NCBI GenBank assembly: GCA_050331295.1
Contig: JBHJGZ010000007.1
Coordinates: 350,422-414,421 of the forward strand
Reading direction: 5' to 3'
Length of the DNA: 64,000 nt
Source: Myxococcota bacterium
GTDB taxonomy: Bacteria > Myxococcota > Kuafuiibacteriia > Kuafuiibacteriales > Kuafuiibacteriaceae
The position numbers and the translations under genes were made by a program. Under the pieces are notes generated by a model. That model saw only the letters and a list, made by a program, of their open reading frames with translations, was not told where the DNA came from and ran no database searches. Below are positions 18,815 through 28,972 of this stretch, piece by piece. How positions within the stretch are numbered: position 1 is the stretch's first letter; every line of letters begins with the position of its first letter.

Positions 18815-21466
18815 ATGAACGTCACGTATCGCGTCCAGCTCCGGGCCGAGTTCGGTTTTTCCAAAGTCGCGGACCTGGCGGACTACTGGGCTCGACTGGG
18901 CATCAGTCATATCTATCTGTCACCGATTCTTCAGTCTGCGCCGGGAAGCACGCATGGCTACGACGTGGTGGACCATTCGACGCTCAATCAGGACCTGGGT
19001 GGCGAGTCGGCATACGCAGAGATGGGGGCCGCTCTATCGGCGGCGGGCCTCAGTCAAGTTGTCGACATCGTCCCGAATCACATGGCCATCGGCACCCTGG
19101 CCAACCGCTGGTGGTGGGATGTCCTCGAGAATGGTCCCGCCAGCCGATTCGCCACCTTCTTCGATGTCGACTGGGGCGCTTCGGGCTCTCGAGATGACCG
19201 TATCTTGCTCCCTGTCCTGGGGGACCATTTCGGACGCATTCTGGAGTCCGGCGAGCTCCGGATAGAGCTTCGGTCCGGAAGGTTCGTCGGCCGCTATCAC
19301 GAAAACCTCTTCCCGGCAGCCCCGAGATCGTTGGGCCCGATCCTCCGGGACGCGAAGGAACGCTGTGGCGCCGACGTGCTCGCTTTCTTGGGCGATGCGC
19401 TGGAACGGACACCTCAGACGTACTCGACCGACCGAGATGGCGCGCGGCGCCGGCATCGGGATCAGGTGGTTCTGTATCAGATGTTCGAGGACGCATGCGC
19501 TGATGAGAGCATCGCCCGTGCCGTTGAAGCCTCAATCCGCGTTTTCAACAGTGACGTAGAACGACTCGAGACTTTCTTCGATGCGCAGAACTACCGGCTC
19601 GCGTTTTGGCAGAGCGGTCGACACGAACTCGAATACCGCCGCTTCTTCGACATCGATACCTTGGTCGGTCTCCGAATGGAGGACGAAGAAGTCTTCCAGG
19701 CAACCCACGCAAAGACCTTTCAGATGGTGGACGCCGGACACATCAGTGGTCTTCGCATCGACCACGTGGATGGACTACGGGATCCGAAGCGTTACCTCTC
19801 GATGCTCCACCGGCGAATCCCGACGGCCTGGGTCGTGGTCGAGAAAATTCTGGAACGCGATGAGCGTCTGCCTGAAGGCTGGCCATGCGCTGGCACAACC
19901 GGCTACGACTTCCTCTCTCTGGTCAACGGGTTGTGGATCAATCCCGAAGGCCTTCAGTCTCTGCACCAGGCATATCGAGCCTTCACCGAGGAGGCCATGG
20001 ACTGGGAGGAGGTCCTTACCGCATCCAAACACCGAGTCTTGCAGGACGGACTGCGTGCTGATGTCGACCGGCTCTCCTCGCTTCTGAGCCTCATCACCGA
20101 AAAGCACCGACGCCACCGCGACCACGCGCCACGTACGCTTCGACTGTTGGTGGAAACGTTCCTGATTTCGTTTCCGGTCTACCGCACGTACGTGACCCCC
20201 GCCGAGGCATCTGCGACCCTCCATGACCGCGCCACCATCGAGTCGGTTGCGGCCAGAGTCCGAGCCATGGTCCCCGAACTCGACGACGAACTCGTAGCGT
20301 GGGTGCAGGACATGCTGCTGCTACGACATCGGGGAGAACTGGAGACGGAGTTCGCGATGAGGTTTCAACAGGTCACGAGCCCGGTCATGGCGAAAGGTGT
20401 CGAAGACACCGCGATGTACCGAAACCACGCGCTTCTCGCGGCCAACGAAGTGGGCTCGAATCCCGACCATCCCACCACGAGCATCTCGACCTTCCATGGC
20501 GCCATGATGGAGGCCAGCAGCCGGATGCCGCAGACGATGCTTGCGACATCGACCCACGACACCAAGAGAAGCGAGGATGTCCGGGCTCGCCTCGCGGTCC
20601 TCTCCGAGATCCCGGACGAATGGGGTACACAAGCTGCCCAGTGGTTCGAGCTCCTGGTCACTCAAGGCTCTGGAGAAGTGGATCGCCCGACCGTGTATGC
20701 GTTTCTTCAGACCATCGTGGGTGCATGGCCCATCGACGTCGAACGCATGACCACATATATGTTCAAGCTCGTCCGAGAAGCCAAGGTTCACACGTCATGG
20801 ACCCAAAACAACACTGCCTATGAAGAACGAGTCGCGAGCTTTGTCCGGGATGCCTTTCTCGAGTCTGAGTTCTTGACCCAGGTAGAGGCGTTCGTCGCGC
20901 GCATCCGAGAAGCCGGCTGGATGAACAGCTTGGCCCAGACCTTGGTCAAGCTCACTGCCCCTGGCATCCCAGACATCTACCAGGGATGTGAGCTCTGGGA
21001 TTTCAGCCTCGTCGACCCGGACAACCGTCGTCCCGTCGACTACGAAAGACGCCGGCAACTCCTCGAACGCGTCGAGTCTGAGCGAGCGGAGGACGCCTGG
21101 GAGCGCAGAGCCGAAGGCGATCCGAAGTTCTTCGTCACGTTTCGAACCCTTCAGCTGCGCAAAACTCGACCGGAGGCTTTTGGAGACCAAGGCTCCTACC
21201 AGGCACTTCCGGTGTTGGGTGCAGATACCGAACACGTTCTCGCCTTCAGTCGAGGCGACGCGGCCGTCACCATCGTTCCGAGATGGACCCTCCGGAGAGC
21301 CCCGACCGCCATCCAAGCGTCGGTCTCACTCGGGAATGATACTTGGCGTAACGTCTTCACGGACGAGTTGGTGTCGGGCGACGTGCAAGTTGCAAACCTC
21401 TTTGCCCGGTTTCCGGTCGCTCTCCTGGAAAGAAGCCCGAATGGGAAAGGAGCTGAATCCGAATGA
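18815..21466 (+). CDS. treY: malto-oligosyltrehalose synthase
   Basis: N-terminus TYRVQL...; GH13 catalytic region; 883 aa; ATGA overlap with treZ. Confidence 0.9.
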   Translation: MNVTYRVQLRAEFGFSKVADLADYWARLGISHIYLSPILQSAPGSTHGYDVVDHSTLNQDLGGESAYAEMGAALSAAGLSQVVDIVPNHMAIGTLANRWWWDVLENGPASRFATFFDVDWGASGSRDDRILLPVLGDHFGRILESGELRIELRSGRFVGRYHENLFPAAPRSLGPILRDAKERCGADVLAFLGDALERTPQTYSTDRDGARRRHRDQVVLYQMFEDACADESIARAVEASIRVFNSDVERLETFFDAQNYRLAFWQSGRHELEYRRFFDIDTLVGLRMEDEEVFQATHAKTFQMVDAGHISGLRIDHVDGLRDPKRYLSMLHRRIPTAWVVVEKILERDERLPEGWPCAGTTGYDFLSLVNGLWINPEGLQSLHQAYRAFTEEAMDWEEVLTASKHRVLQDGLRADVDRLSSLLSLITEKHRRHRDHAPRTLRLLVETFLISFPVYRTYVTPAEASATLHDRATIESVAARVRAMVPELDDELVAWVQDMLLLRHRGELETEFAMRFQQVTSPVMAKGVEDTAMYRNHALLAANEVGSNPDHPTTSISTFHGAMMEASSRMPQTMLATSTHDTKRSEDVRARLAVLSEIPDEWGTQAAQWFELLVTQGSGEVDRPTVYAFLQTIVGAWPIDVERMTTYMFKLVREAKVHTSWTQNNTAYEERVASFVRDAFLESEFLTQVEAFVARIREAGWMNSLAQTLVKLTAPGIPDIYQGCELWDFSLVDPDNRRPVDYERRRQLLERVESERAEDAWERRAEGDPKFFVTFRTLQLRKTRPEAFGDQGSYQALPVLGADTEHVLAFSRGDAAVTIVPRWTLRRAPTAIQASVSLGNDTWRNVFTDELVSGDVQVANLFARFPVALLERSPNGKGAESE

Positions 21467-23190
21467 AGTTTGAAGTCTGGGCTCCCCATGCCCGAGGCGT
21501 AGAGCTCTGTCTGAAAACCGGCGAGCGCCACATCATGGAGCCAACCTCCCCAGCCGGATGGTGGAGTATCGACATTCGAGGCCTGAGCGGGGAGATCCGA
21601 TACGGCTTTTCGATAGATGGCGACGTCCCACTGCCGGACCCGAGGGCTCGTAGAATGCCCGATGGCGTGCATGCGCTCTCCGGCATATGGGATGCCTCCT
21701 CGTTCGAATGGACCGATCGAGGGTTTCGTGCCGCCCCGCTCTCCAGCGGGCTCATCTATGAGCTGCACGTCGGTACATTCTCCGAGGAAGGAAGTTTCGA
21801 TGGCGTGATCACCAAGCTGGACCATCTGGTCGGGCTCGGCGTGACCCATGTCGAACTCATGCCGGTCAACAGTTTCCCGGGTGCCTTCGGGTGGGGGTAC
21901 GACGGCGTCGGTCTCTTTTCGGTCTTCGAACCCTACGGCGGCCCCGATGGTCTTTGTCGACTCGTCGACGCCTGCCATCGGCGCGGTCTCGCGGTGTTGA
22001 TCGACGTTGTCTACAATCATCTCGGTCCGGAAGGAAACTATCTGGCCCGATACGGGCCCTACTTCACCGACCGGTACGAGACTCCGTGGGGCGCGGCAGT
22101 GAATCTCGATGACCGAGGTTCGGACGAAGTACGACGCTTCTTCTTGGACAACGCCAAGATGTGGGTCCGAGACTTCCATGCCGATGGATTGCGGATCGAC
22201 GCGATCCACGCACTCGCAGACGGTTCTGCGAAACATCTATTGGAGGAGATGGCCGAGGAATTCGAGTCTCTCCAAGCGGAAGTCGCGCGGCCTCTGGTCC
22301 TGGTCGCCGAGAGCGACTTGAACGACCCGCGGGTGATTCAGAGGCGACAAGCCGGCGGATTCGGGATGGATGCACAGTGGACCGACGACTTCCACCACGC
22401 CGTTCATGCCCTGATGACCGGAGAACGCCAGGGTTACTACGCCGACTTTGGCACCTGGGCGGAGGTTGCCAAGAGCCTCGAAAGCGCTTTCGTGGTGGAC
22501 GGGGTGCCATCCCGCTTTCGAGGGCGGAGACACGGTCGGTCCGTCGGCACGCTGACCGGCCATCGGTTTGTCGTCTATACCCAGACTCACGACCAGGTCG
22601 GAAACCGGGCTACCGGGGACCGTCTTGGTCACCAACTCTCGGAGGGCCGCCTCAAGATGGCCCTGGCTCTTTTGCTCATGAGTCCTTTCGTCCCCATGCT
22701 GTTCATGGGGGAGGAATGGGCAGCATCGAGTCCATTTCAGTTCTTCTGCGACTTCGGTGACCCGTCGCTGCGGGAAGCGGTCAAAGAGGGTCGCAAGAAG
22801 GAATTCGAAGCTTTCGACTGGAACATCGAGAGCCTTCCCGACCCGCTGTCGCCGGAGACCTTTGGTCGCTGCCGGCTCAATTGGGGCGAGCTGCAGGAGG
22901 CGGGTCACCGCCGCGTTCTGGAATGGGTCCGAGAGCTGGTGAGGCTACGTCGAAGTTATCCGGAATTGACGGATGGCGCCCGAGGTCGCTCGAAGGTCAG
23001 ATTCGGACCGCACTGGTTGACCATGCGGCGTGGCCGGGTCTCCCTCGCCGTCAACACCGGAGTTGATGAACTCGGCTTTTCGGACCTTCCGGGCGACGTG
23101 TTGCTCGCGCACGCGGGAGAACGTCGGTCCGATGACGGCGACGTCGTCGTGGGACCAGATGGGGTGGTCATCGTCGCTGACTCGACATGA
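21463..23190 (+). CDS. treZ: malto-oligosyltrehalose trehalohydrolase
   Basis: MKFEVWAP N-terminus; GH13 motifs DVVYNHLGPEGN, GLRIDA, QTHDQVGNR; 575 aa. Confidence 0.9.
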   Translation: MKFEVWAPHARGVELCLKTGERHIMEPTSPAGWWSIDIRGLSGEIRYGFSIDGDVPLPDPRARRMPDGVHALSGIWDASSFEWTDRGFRAAPLSSGLIYELHVGTFSEEGSFDGVITKLDHLVGLGVTHVELMPVNSFPGAFGWGYDGVGLFSVFEPYGGPDGLCRLVDACHRRGLAVLIDVVYNHLGPEGNYLARYGPYFTDRYETPWGAAVNLDDRGSDEVRRFFLDNAKMWVRDFHADGLRIDAIHALADGSAKHLLEEMAEEFESLQAEVARPLVLVAESDLNDPRVIQRRQAGGFGMDAQWTDDFHHAVHALMTGERQGYYADFGTWAEVAKSLESAFVVDGVPSRFRGRRHGRSVGTLTGHRFVVYTQTHDQVGNRATGDRLGHQLSEGRLKMALALLLMSPFVPMLFMGEEWAASSPFQFFCDFGDPSLREAVKEGRKKEFEAFDWNIESLPDPLSPETFGRCRLNWGELQEAGHRRVLEWVRELVRLRRSYPELTDGARGRSKVRFGPHWLTMRRGRVSLAVNTGVDELGFSDLPGDVLLAHAGERRSDDGDVVVGPDGVVIVADST

Positions 23191-23212
23191 GTCGAATGAG
23201 GGCGCCGCTTGC

Positions 23213-25039
23213 CTAGGACTGGGTCGACTCGGCGAGTGCGACGGACCGCTGCTTCTCCCACATTTCCGCGTACCGCCCCTGTCGCGCCAGAAGCTCCTCG
23301 TGGGAGCCCGCTTCGACGATCCTTCCGCCATCCATGACCAGGATCTGGTCCGCGTCGACGATGGTCGACAATCGATGAGCAATCATCAGCGTCGTTCGCC
23401 CTTCACTCGCCGCCCACATTTCGCTTTGGATCTCTCGTTCGGTGGCCGAGTCGAGGGCGGACGTGGCTTCGTCCAAGATGAGGATAGACGGCTGCTTCAG
23501 AAACACCCGGGCGATGGCCACGCGCTGCTTTTCGCCGCCGGAGAGCTTCAGTCCCCGCTCCCCGACCATCGTATCGTAGCCCTCGGGTGCGCTCGCTATG
23601 AAATGATGGATCTGGGCCTTCGCGGCCGCTTCCTCGATTTCTGCCTGCGTTGCGGCAGGCCGAGCGTATCGCAGGTTGTAGCTGATGGTTTCGTTGAACA
23701 ACACGGTGTCTTGGGGAACGATCCCGATTGCTCGACGCAAGGAGGCTACGGACAGCTCTCGAATGTCGGTGCCATCGATGGTGATGCGCCCATGACCGGG
23801 GTCATAGAATCGGAAGAGCAAACGCGCCACTGTCGACTTCCCCCCGCCGCTCGGTCCAACCAAGGCCACACGGTGTCCGGCCGGAATCTGGAACGAAAGG
23901 TCCCGCAGGATTCGGCGTTCCGGGACATACCCAAAACTCACGTTCTCGAATCTCACGGACCGAGGCCCGGGCCCCAACGGGCGGGAATTGGGATGGTCGA
24001 CGATGGCCGGCTGCTCACCGAAGAGGCTGAACATCTGCTCCATGTTCACGAGGGACTGTTTGACGCTGCGGTACACCCAGCCGAAAAGATTGAGCGGCTG
24101 CGCGAGCTGGATGAGATATGTATTCACCAGCACGAAGTCGCCGACACTCAGTCGACCGTCGACGATTCCGCGTGCGGCCAAGTACATGAGAAGAGTCACG
24201 CCACCGCCGATGATCAGGGCCTGTCCGCTGTTGAGAGCGGCCAGGCTCGACTGACTCTGAATCGCGGCTCGTTCGTATTCCTGAAGCGATCGGTCGTACT
24301 GCATCACCTCGAAACGCTCGTTTCCGAAGTACTTCACCGTCTCGAAATTGAGCAGGCTATCAATGGCACGGGTGCCGGCTCTGCTATCGGCCTCGTTCAT
24401 GCGACGACGGAATTTGATTCGCCATTCGGTCGTGGCGATTGTGAAACCCACGTACGCGACCACCGTCACGCCGGTGATCACGGCAAATGCGGGTTCAAAA
24501 CGACTCAGCAAGACCGCGAGGACGAGGACGAGTTCGAAGAGAGTCGGAATGACGTTGAACAGCGCAACGCCCAGAAGGCTCTGTATGGCGCTCGTTCCCC
24601 GCTCGACCGCGCGAGCCAAACCTCCCGTCTGCCGTGCCAGATGAAAACCGAGGCTCAGGCGATGGAGGTGTTCAAAAACTTCCAAGCCAGCCCGTCGCAT
24701 CGCTCGCTGGCCAACCTTCTCGAAAACCGCATCCCGCACCTGGTTGAAGAAGAGCGAACCGAAGCGAGCACTACCGTAGGCGATGATCATGGCGACGGGA
24801 ATCGTCACGGCATCATCTCCGCTCAGCGCATCGACCGCGCGCTTGTAGAAGATGGGCACCCAGACATTCAGACCCTTGGCGATCAGGATCGCAGTCATCG
24901 AAAGAACGACGCGAACTCGCAGACCCCAGGCATCCTTCGGCCACAGGTAGGGAAGGAGCTTCGCGATGGCGTGCACCGACCCTTTCATCGCCGCTCGGCA
25001 TACCTCGAAGGAGCTCGAACTGCGAGCAGGGGTCGGCAC
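23213..25039 (-). CDS. ABCB-type ABC exporter, fused permease and ATPase, Atm1/HMT-like
   Basis: N-terminal LLPYLWP motif typical of Atm1-like exporters; six TM segments; Walker A GPSGGGKST; signature LSGGEKQRVAIAR. The start may instead be at MKGS (24988). Confidence 0.85.
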   Translation of the reverse strand: MPTPARSSSSFEVCRAAMKGSVHAIAKLLPYLWPKDAWGLRVRVVLSMTAILIAKGLNVWVPIFYKRAVDALSGDDAVTIPVAMIIAYGSARFGSLFFNQVRDAVFEKVGQRAMRRAGLEVFEHLHRLSLGFHLARQTGGLARAVERGTSAIQSLLGVALFNVIPTLFELVLVLAVLLSRFEPAFAVITGVTVVAYVGFTIATTEWRIKFRRRMNEADSRAGTRAIDSLLNFETVKYFGNERFEVMQYDRSLQEYERAAIQSQSSLAALNSGQALIIGGGVTLLMYLAARGIVDGRLSVGDFVLVNTYLIQLAQPLNLFGWVYRSVKQSLVNMEQMFSLFGEQPAIVDHPNSRPLGPGPRSVRFENVSFGYVPERRILRDLSFQIPAGHRVALVGPSGGGKSTVARLLFRFYDPGHGRITIDGTDIRELSVASLRRAIGIVPQDTVLFNETISYNLRYARPAATQAEIEEAAAKAQIHHFIASAPEGYDTMVGERGLKLSGGEKQRVAIARVFLKQPSILILDEATSALDSATEREIQSEMWAASEGRTTLMIAHRLSTIVDADQILVMDGGRIVEAGSHEELLARQGRYAEMWEKQRSVALAESTQS

Positions 25040-25112
25040 TCGGCGCAGCTTCGAGAGCGTTTGTCCCTCGAGATTGTTGCCCTCCTCCGGGTAGCCTGTT
25101 CAATCTGTTGGA

Positions 25113-25715
25113 GTGACGGGTCAGTCCTATCCTGCCGCGATCGCGTTGGCCCTCGGTACCGCAGCCTGCGGCGGGCCATTTTTCGAGTCCGACACCGACG
25201 CGTCGTCTGCGGACCCCCCGCCCATGGCGCCGGACAGAGAACAAGAGTCCGTGCCTCAGGTCGGCGATGCTCCCGAGGGGAACCAAGACAATACCGGTGC
25301 GCGACTCGAGGAACGCGTCATCGAGTTGGTCAATCAGCGGCGCTCGGAAGGAAGCACCTGCGGCGGAGAACTCATGCCGCCGGTACCGTCCCTATCGGAG
25401 GACAGCCGCCTGAGCGCAGCTGCGCGTGCACATTCCGAAGACATGGCGGCGAGGAATTACTTTTCGCACCGATCTCCAGAGGGCGAAGAGCCCGCCGATA
25501 GAGCCAACTCAGCTGGGTATGGCGGCGGTTTTGGTGGGGAGAACATCGCCGCGGGCCCCTTCACGGCAGAAGACGTCATGGTCCTCTGGATGCAGTCGCC
25601 TGGCCACTGCCGCAACATCATGCGTCCTCGGTTCGAAGAGATCGGCGTCGGCTACGGCCGGAGCAGCAACGCCCGCTACGGACACTACTGGACTCAGAAG
25701 TTCGGCTCCCGCTGA
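25113..25715 (+). CDS. CAP/SCP (PR-1-like) domain lipoprotein
   Basis: Lipobox LGTAAC and CAP-like motifs (HSEDMAARNYFSH, GHYWTQ); 200 aa. Confidence 0.55.
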   Translation: MTGQSYPAAIALALGTAACGGPFFESDTDASSADPPPMAPDREQESVPQVGDAPEGNQDNTGARLEERVIELVNQRRSEGSTCGGELMPPVPSLSEDSRLSAAARAHSEDMAARNYFSHRSPEGEEPADRANSAGYGGGFGGENIAAGPFTAEDVMVLWMQSPGHCRNIMRPRFEEIGVGYGRSSNARYGHYWTQKFGSR

Positions 25716-25734
25716 ACGACAACTCCCTCTCGGA

Positions 25735-26577
25735 TCACCGCGACCCAATCAGGTCACGGATGAAGTTGGGCATCTCGAACGCCGCTTTGCACACGCCAGG
25801 ATTCAGGTATCTCAGCCGACTCGCATGCGCCGACAAACGGTCCAGGTTCAGAGGCCAAACCTCGCCTTCGGGCCGCGCCAGCGTCCAGCTCCACATACCC
25901 GCCCCGTAGATGGGCACATACCCAATGTACGGTCGGACGTCGGCAAACAGCGCTCGGAGGGCCAACTGAACATCGCGGAACACCTCCGCTTGAAGGACCG
26001 GCGACTCGCTTTGAAGGGCAAATATGCCTCGCGGTTTGAGGATTCGCCGGACATCCGCATAGAACGTGTCGTTGAACAACCCCTCGGCTGGGCCAACCGG
26101 GTCCGAGCCGTCGAGGATCACCACGTCGAAGGTTTGGTCGGGGGCCTGCGCTACCCACTTCACGCCGTCCTGAATGCGGAGTTCGAGCCTCGGATCATCG
26201 AAATGGGATGCGATGCCAGGCAGAAACTCGCGACAGACATCCACGACTTGGCCATCGATTTCCACCATGACCACTCGGTCGACCTGGGGGTGACTCAACA
26301 CCTCTCGGATGGTTCCACCGTCGCCTCCACCGATCACCAAGACGTGTTTCGGTTCGGCGACGGCACACATCGCGGGATGCACCAGCATCTCGTGATAGAA
26401 GAACTCATCTCCTTCGCTGGTCATGAACAGGCCGTCGAGAACCAGAGTACGCCCGAAGAAATCGGTCTCGATGAGGTCGATCTGCTGAAAAGCCGACCGA
26501 TTCGAAGAAAGCGTCCGACGAACCTTCACCGAGAACCGCACGCGGTCCTTGAACTCTTCCTCATACCAGTTGCCCAT
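25735..26577 (-). CDS. speE: spermidine synthase (polyamine aminopropyltransferase)
   Basis: VLVIGGGDGG motif and spermidine-synthase tetramerisation N-terminus; ATG at 26577 (MGNWYEEEF) lies 2 nt after the speH stop. Confidence 0.9.
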   Translation of the reverse strand: MGNWYEEEFKDRVRFSVKVRRTLSSNRSAFQQIDLIETDFFGRTLVLDGLFMTSEGDEFFYHEMLVHPAMCAVAEPKHVLVIGGGDGGTIREVLSHPQVDRVVMVEIDGQVVDVCREFLPGIASHFDDPRLELRIQDGVKWVAQAPDQTFDVVILDGSDPVGPAEGLFNDTFYADVRRILKPRGIFALQSESPVLQAEVFRDVQLALRALFADVRPYIGYVPIYGAGMWSWTLARPEGEVWPLNLDRLSAHASRLRYLNPGVCKAAFEMPNFIRDLIGSR

Positions 26578-26579
26578 GG

Positions 26580-26996
26580 TCAGCCTTCGTTCGATGCCTG
26601 AGGCATCCACGCACCATCAAATTGATGATCGCTCACTCTAATCGATCGCTCCCACCCCATCCCGCGGACCACGGTCAGCAGCTCGGCGCGCTCCGGCTGC
26701 AGGCCCTCCATCAGTCTTCGATGGGCGAGTTCCGGATGGCAGTCTCCGCACGTATAGAAGTCGACCGCCGCGTAGCCAGCCTCTGGCCACGTATGAATGG
26801 ACAGATGAGATTCTTCTATCACCACGACTCCGCTGATGCCTTGTGGGGAGAAACGGTGAAACACCGCTGCGACGACCGTCGCGCCGGCATCCTCGGCCGC
26901 CCGTGTGAGCAGTCTCTGAATGATATCCTTGTCGTTCAGTAGTGACGTACGGCAGCCGTGGTACTCGGCGAGCAAGTGTTGCCCACGTGTATCCAT
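26580..26996 (-). CDS. speH: S-adenosylmethionine decarboxylase proenzyme (pyruvoyl-dependent, class I)
   Basis: Self-cleavage site motif EESHLSIHTWPE; 138 aa. Confidence 0.9.
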   Translation of the reverse strand: MDTRGQHLLAEYHGCRTSLLNDKDIIQRLLTRAAEDAGATVVAAVFHRFSPQGISGVVVIEESHLSIHTWPEAGYAAVDFYTCGDCHPELAHRRLMEGLQPERAELLTVVRGMGWERSIRVSDHQFDGAWMPQASNEG

Positions 26997-27071
26997 TTCT
27001 AACGCTTCTCGACCTCCCTTCAGAAAACGTTGAGCCGTTCGGTATATCCAGAAACCGCGGAGGATGACAAC

Positions 27072-27746
27072 CTACTTGTCTCCATTGATGTCTGCCGCTT
27101 TCCAGCGCCACAGATACCAGGTTGCGACGGTTCGATGAGGCCGAAACCGTTCGCCGATCATCGCGAGCTCCGACGGTCTGGGCCGCTCCGACAGCCCCAG
27201 AACCTGCTTCGCACCGACCTGAAGGCCGAGGTCCAACGTGGGCCATACGTCGGGTCGATTCAAGGCGAAGAGCAAAAACATCTCGGCTGTCCATCGACCG
27301 ATGCCTTTCACTTGGGTGAGGTGCTCGATGATGGTCTCGTCCTCCATCTTGGAGAATCGGCGTACGGGAATTCGTCCGTCGCAGAAATGTTCCGCTAGGT
27401 CTCGCAAGTAAACCTGCTTCTGTCGGCTGAGACCGCACCATTTGAGCGTGTCTACCGACATGCCTCCACTGAGCGCATTCTTGACGCGTTCCGGAGTTAT
27501 CCGGCGATCGGGGAAGCGGTCACGAAATCGGTTAAACAGAGTCGCTGCAGTCTTGGTTGCAAGCTGCTGATTGAACAAACTCAGAACCAAGACTTGGAAG
27601 TAGTCACGCCGCCTCCGCAGGGTGCACGGCCCGACCTTTCGGATGAGAGCTTCGAAAACGGGGTCCGACGAGAGCGCTGCTTGTGCAGCGCGCCAGCGGT
27701 CGTCGGGCGGCCGGCGGTCGAACCATTCCAAGTCTCGCTCGGCCAT
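27072..27746 (-). CDS. DNA-3-methyladenine glycosylase II-like HhH-GPD base-excision enzyme
   Basis: HhH-GPD motif (LTQVKGIGRWTAEMFLLFAL ... D); 224 aa. Confidence 0.8.
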   Translation of the reverse strand: MAERDLEWFDRRPPDDRWRAAQAALSSDPVFEALIRKVGPCTLRRRRDYFQVLVLSLFNQQLATKTAATLFNRFRDRFPDRRITPERVKNALSGGMSVDTLKWCGLSRQKQVYLRDLAEHFCDGRIPVRRFSKMEDETIIEHLTQVKGIGRWTAEMFLLFALNRPDVWPTLDLGLQVGAKQVLGLSERPRPSELAMIGERFRPHRTVATWYLWRWKAADINGDK

Positions 27747-27790
27747 CGCGTCTCATGTTCCTCTCGGCCATCGGAACCCGCCATTCGAGC

Positions 27791-28390
27791 TCACGCGATG
27801 GCGCGCTCGAAAGCAGCCTTGACTGCAGGTCGCTGTCCAACCCGCTCAACCCACGCAAACAAGCCGGGCCGCTCTTCCGCAGTTTGCCCGAACCGGGTCG
27901 GGTCTCGTGTCCAGGGAAACAGGGCCATGTCAGCGATGGTGTACGCGTCGCCAGCAATGAAGGGTCTGCTTCGCAATTGACCATCCATGACCTTCAACAG
28001 TCGCGTTGCCTCGCTGAAGTACCGCTCCCGCGCATATCGATTGTCGGGAGCCGCGTCTCGGAAGTGGTTGGCTTGGCCGAACATGGGCCCGACGCCACCC
28101 ATCTGAAACATCAACCAAGACAAGACTCGACCCCGATCCGGGTACGAGGGTGGAAGAAAGCGCCCGAACTTCTCGGCCAGGTAGAACAGAATGGCTCCTG
28201 ATTCGAAAACCACAGTCTTTTCGTCCACCAGTGCCGGTATCTTTTGATTCGGATTGATGCGGGTGTATTCCTCGCTCTTCTGCGCCCCTCGCCCCAGATT
28301 GACCGCGGCAAGCTCGAACGAAACACCCAGTTCTTCTAAAAGGATCAAAGGCTTGAAGCCATTGGGTGTCGTCCACGTATAGAGCTTCAC
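27791..28390 (-). CDS. glutathione S-transferase family protein
   Basis: N-terminal thioredoxin-like GST domain (ESGAILFYLAEKFG) and C-terminal helical domain; 199 aa. Confidence 0.85.
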   Translation of the reverse strand: MKLYTWTTPNGFKPLILLEELGVSFELAAVNLGRGAQKSEEYTRINPNQKIPALVDEKTVVFESGAILFYLAEKFGRFLPPSYPDRGRVLSWLMFQMGGVGPMFGQANHFRDAAPDNRYARERYFSEATRLLKVMDGQLRSRPFIAGDAYTIADMALFPWTRDPTRFGQTAEERPGLFAWVERVGQRPAVKAAFERAIA

Positions 28391-28498
28391 GCATCTACCG
28401 TCGCCCGCACCTCGGGCGATGAACAGAAAAAGCCGTCAGCGCTTCACGATCGGGAAGCACCGGCCAATTTTTGGGCGTTCCGACAACCAAGCCGACCA

Positions 28499-28936
28499 TC
28501 AATGCGCTTCGTCGAGCTCGATCTCGTCGACCAGCGCGATGACGTCCTTCACCAGCACGACGCGGAGCTTGTCGTCCCAGGGCACCGCAAGACCTTTCTC
28601 CTTCACGAAGAGGATGCGAGAGCCGTGCGGCACGCCGGAGACGTTTCTTCCGAAACCCTCGTCTTCGTCGTCGGGAGCGGCCCGAGCGACCTCGACGACT
28701 TCCGCATAGGCGACCGAAGTTGCGGCATCCCGAGCACCGGCGGGGAGGATGAGCCCGGACGAGGTCCGGTCCTCGCTGGGTATCAGTCGAACCAACACGC
28801 GAGGTCCCAGCGGCATCACGTGACGGGTGATCCGAGGCCGGGACTCATCGGTCGCTTCGGTTTCCTCGGGCGGCGGGTCCGCGTCGCCGTCCTCTCGTTT
28901 GTCCGAACTCGAAGCGAGCTCCTCTTTCCATCTCAT
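28499..28936 (-). CDS. GroES (Cpn10)-family co-chaperonin paralog with acidic N-terminal extension
   Basis: Core LGPRVLVRL...TSSGLILP...ILFVKEKG...IALVDE matches the Cpn10 pattern; preceded by a D/E-rich segment. The start may be at 28936 (MRWKE) or 28816 (MPLGP). Confidence 0.55.
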   Translation of the reverse strand: MRWKEELASSSDKREDGDADPPPEETEATDESRPRITRHVMPLGPRVLVRLIPSEDRTSSGLILPAGARDAATSVAYAEVVEVARAAPDDEDEGFGRNVSGVPHGSRILFVKEKGLAVPWDDKLRVVLVKDVIALVDEIELDEAH

Positions 28937-28972
28937 CGTGACTCCGTACCTCGAAGAGCGTAATCTTCTCCG

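Noticed and set aside
23030-25501. 823-aa plus-strand ORF across the ABC exporter gene
   Set aside because: Antisense to an ABC transporter with Walker and signature motifs; low-complexity translation.
25426-26601. 391-aa plus-strand ORF across speE
   Set aside because: Antisense to the spermidine synthase gene.
28502-28963. 153-aa plus-strand ORF antisense to the GroES-like gene
   Set aside because: The minus-strand translation has a recognisable Cpn10 pattern; the plus-strand product has none.
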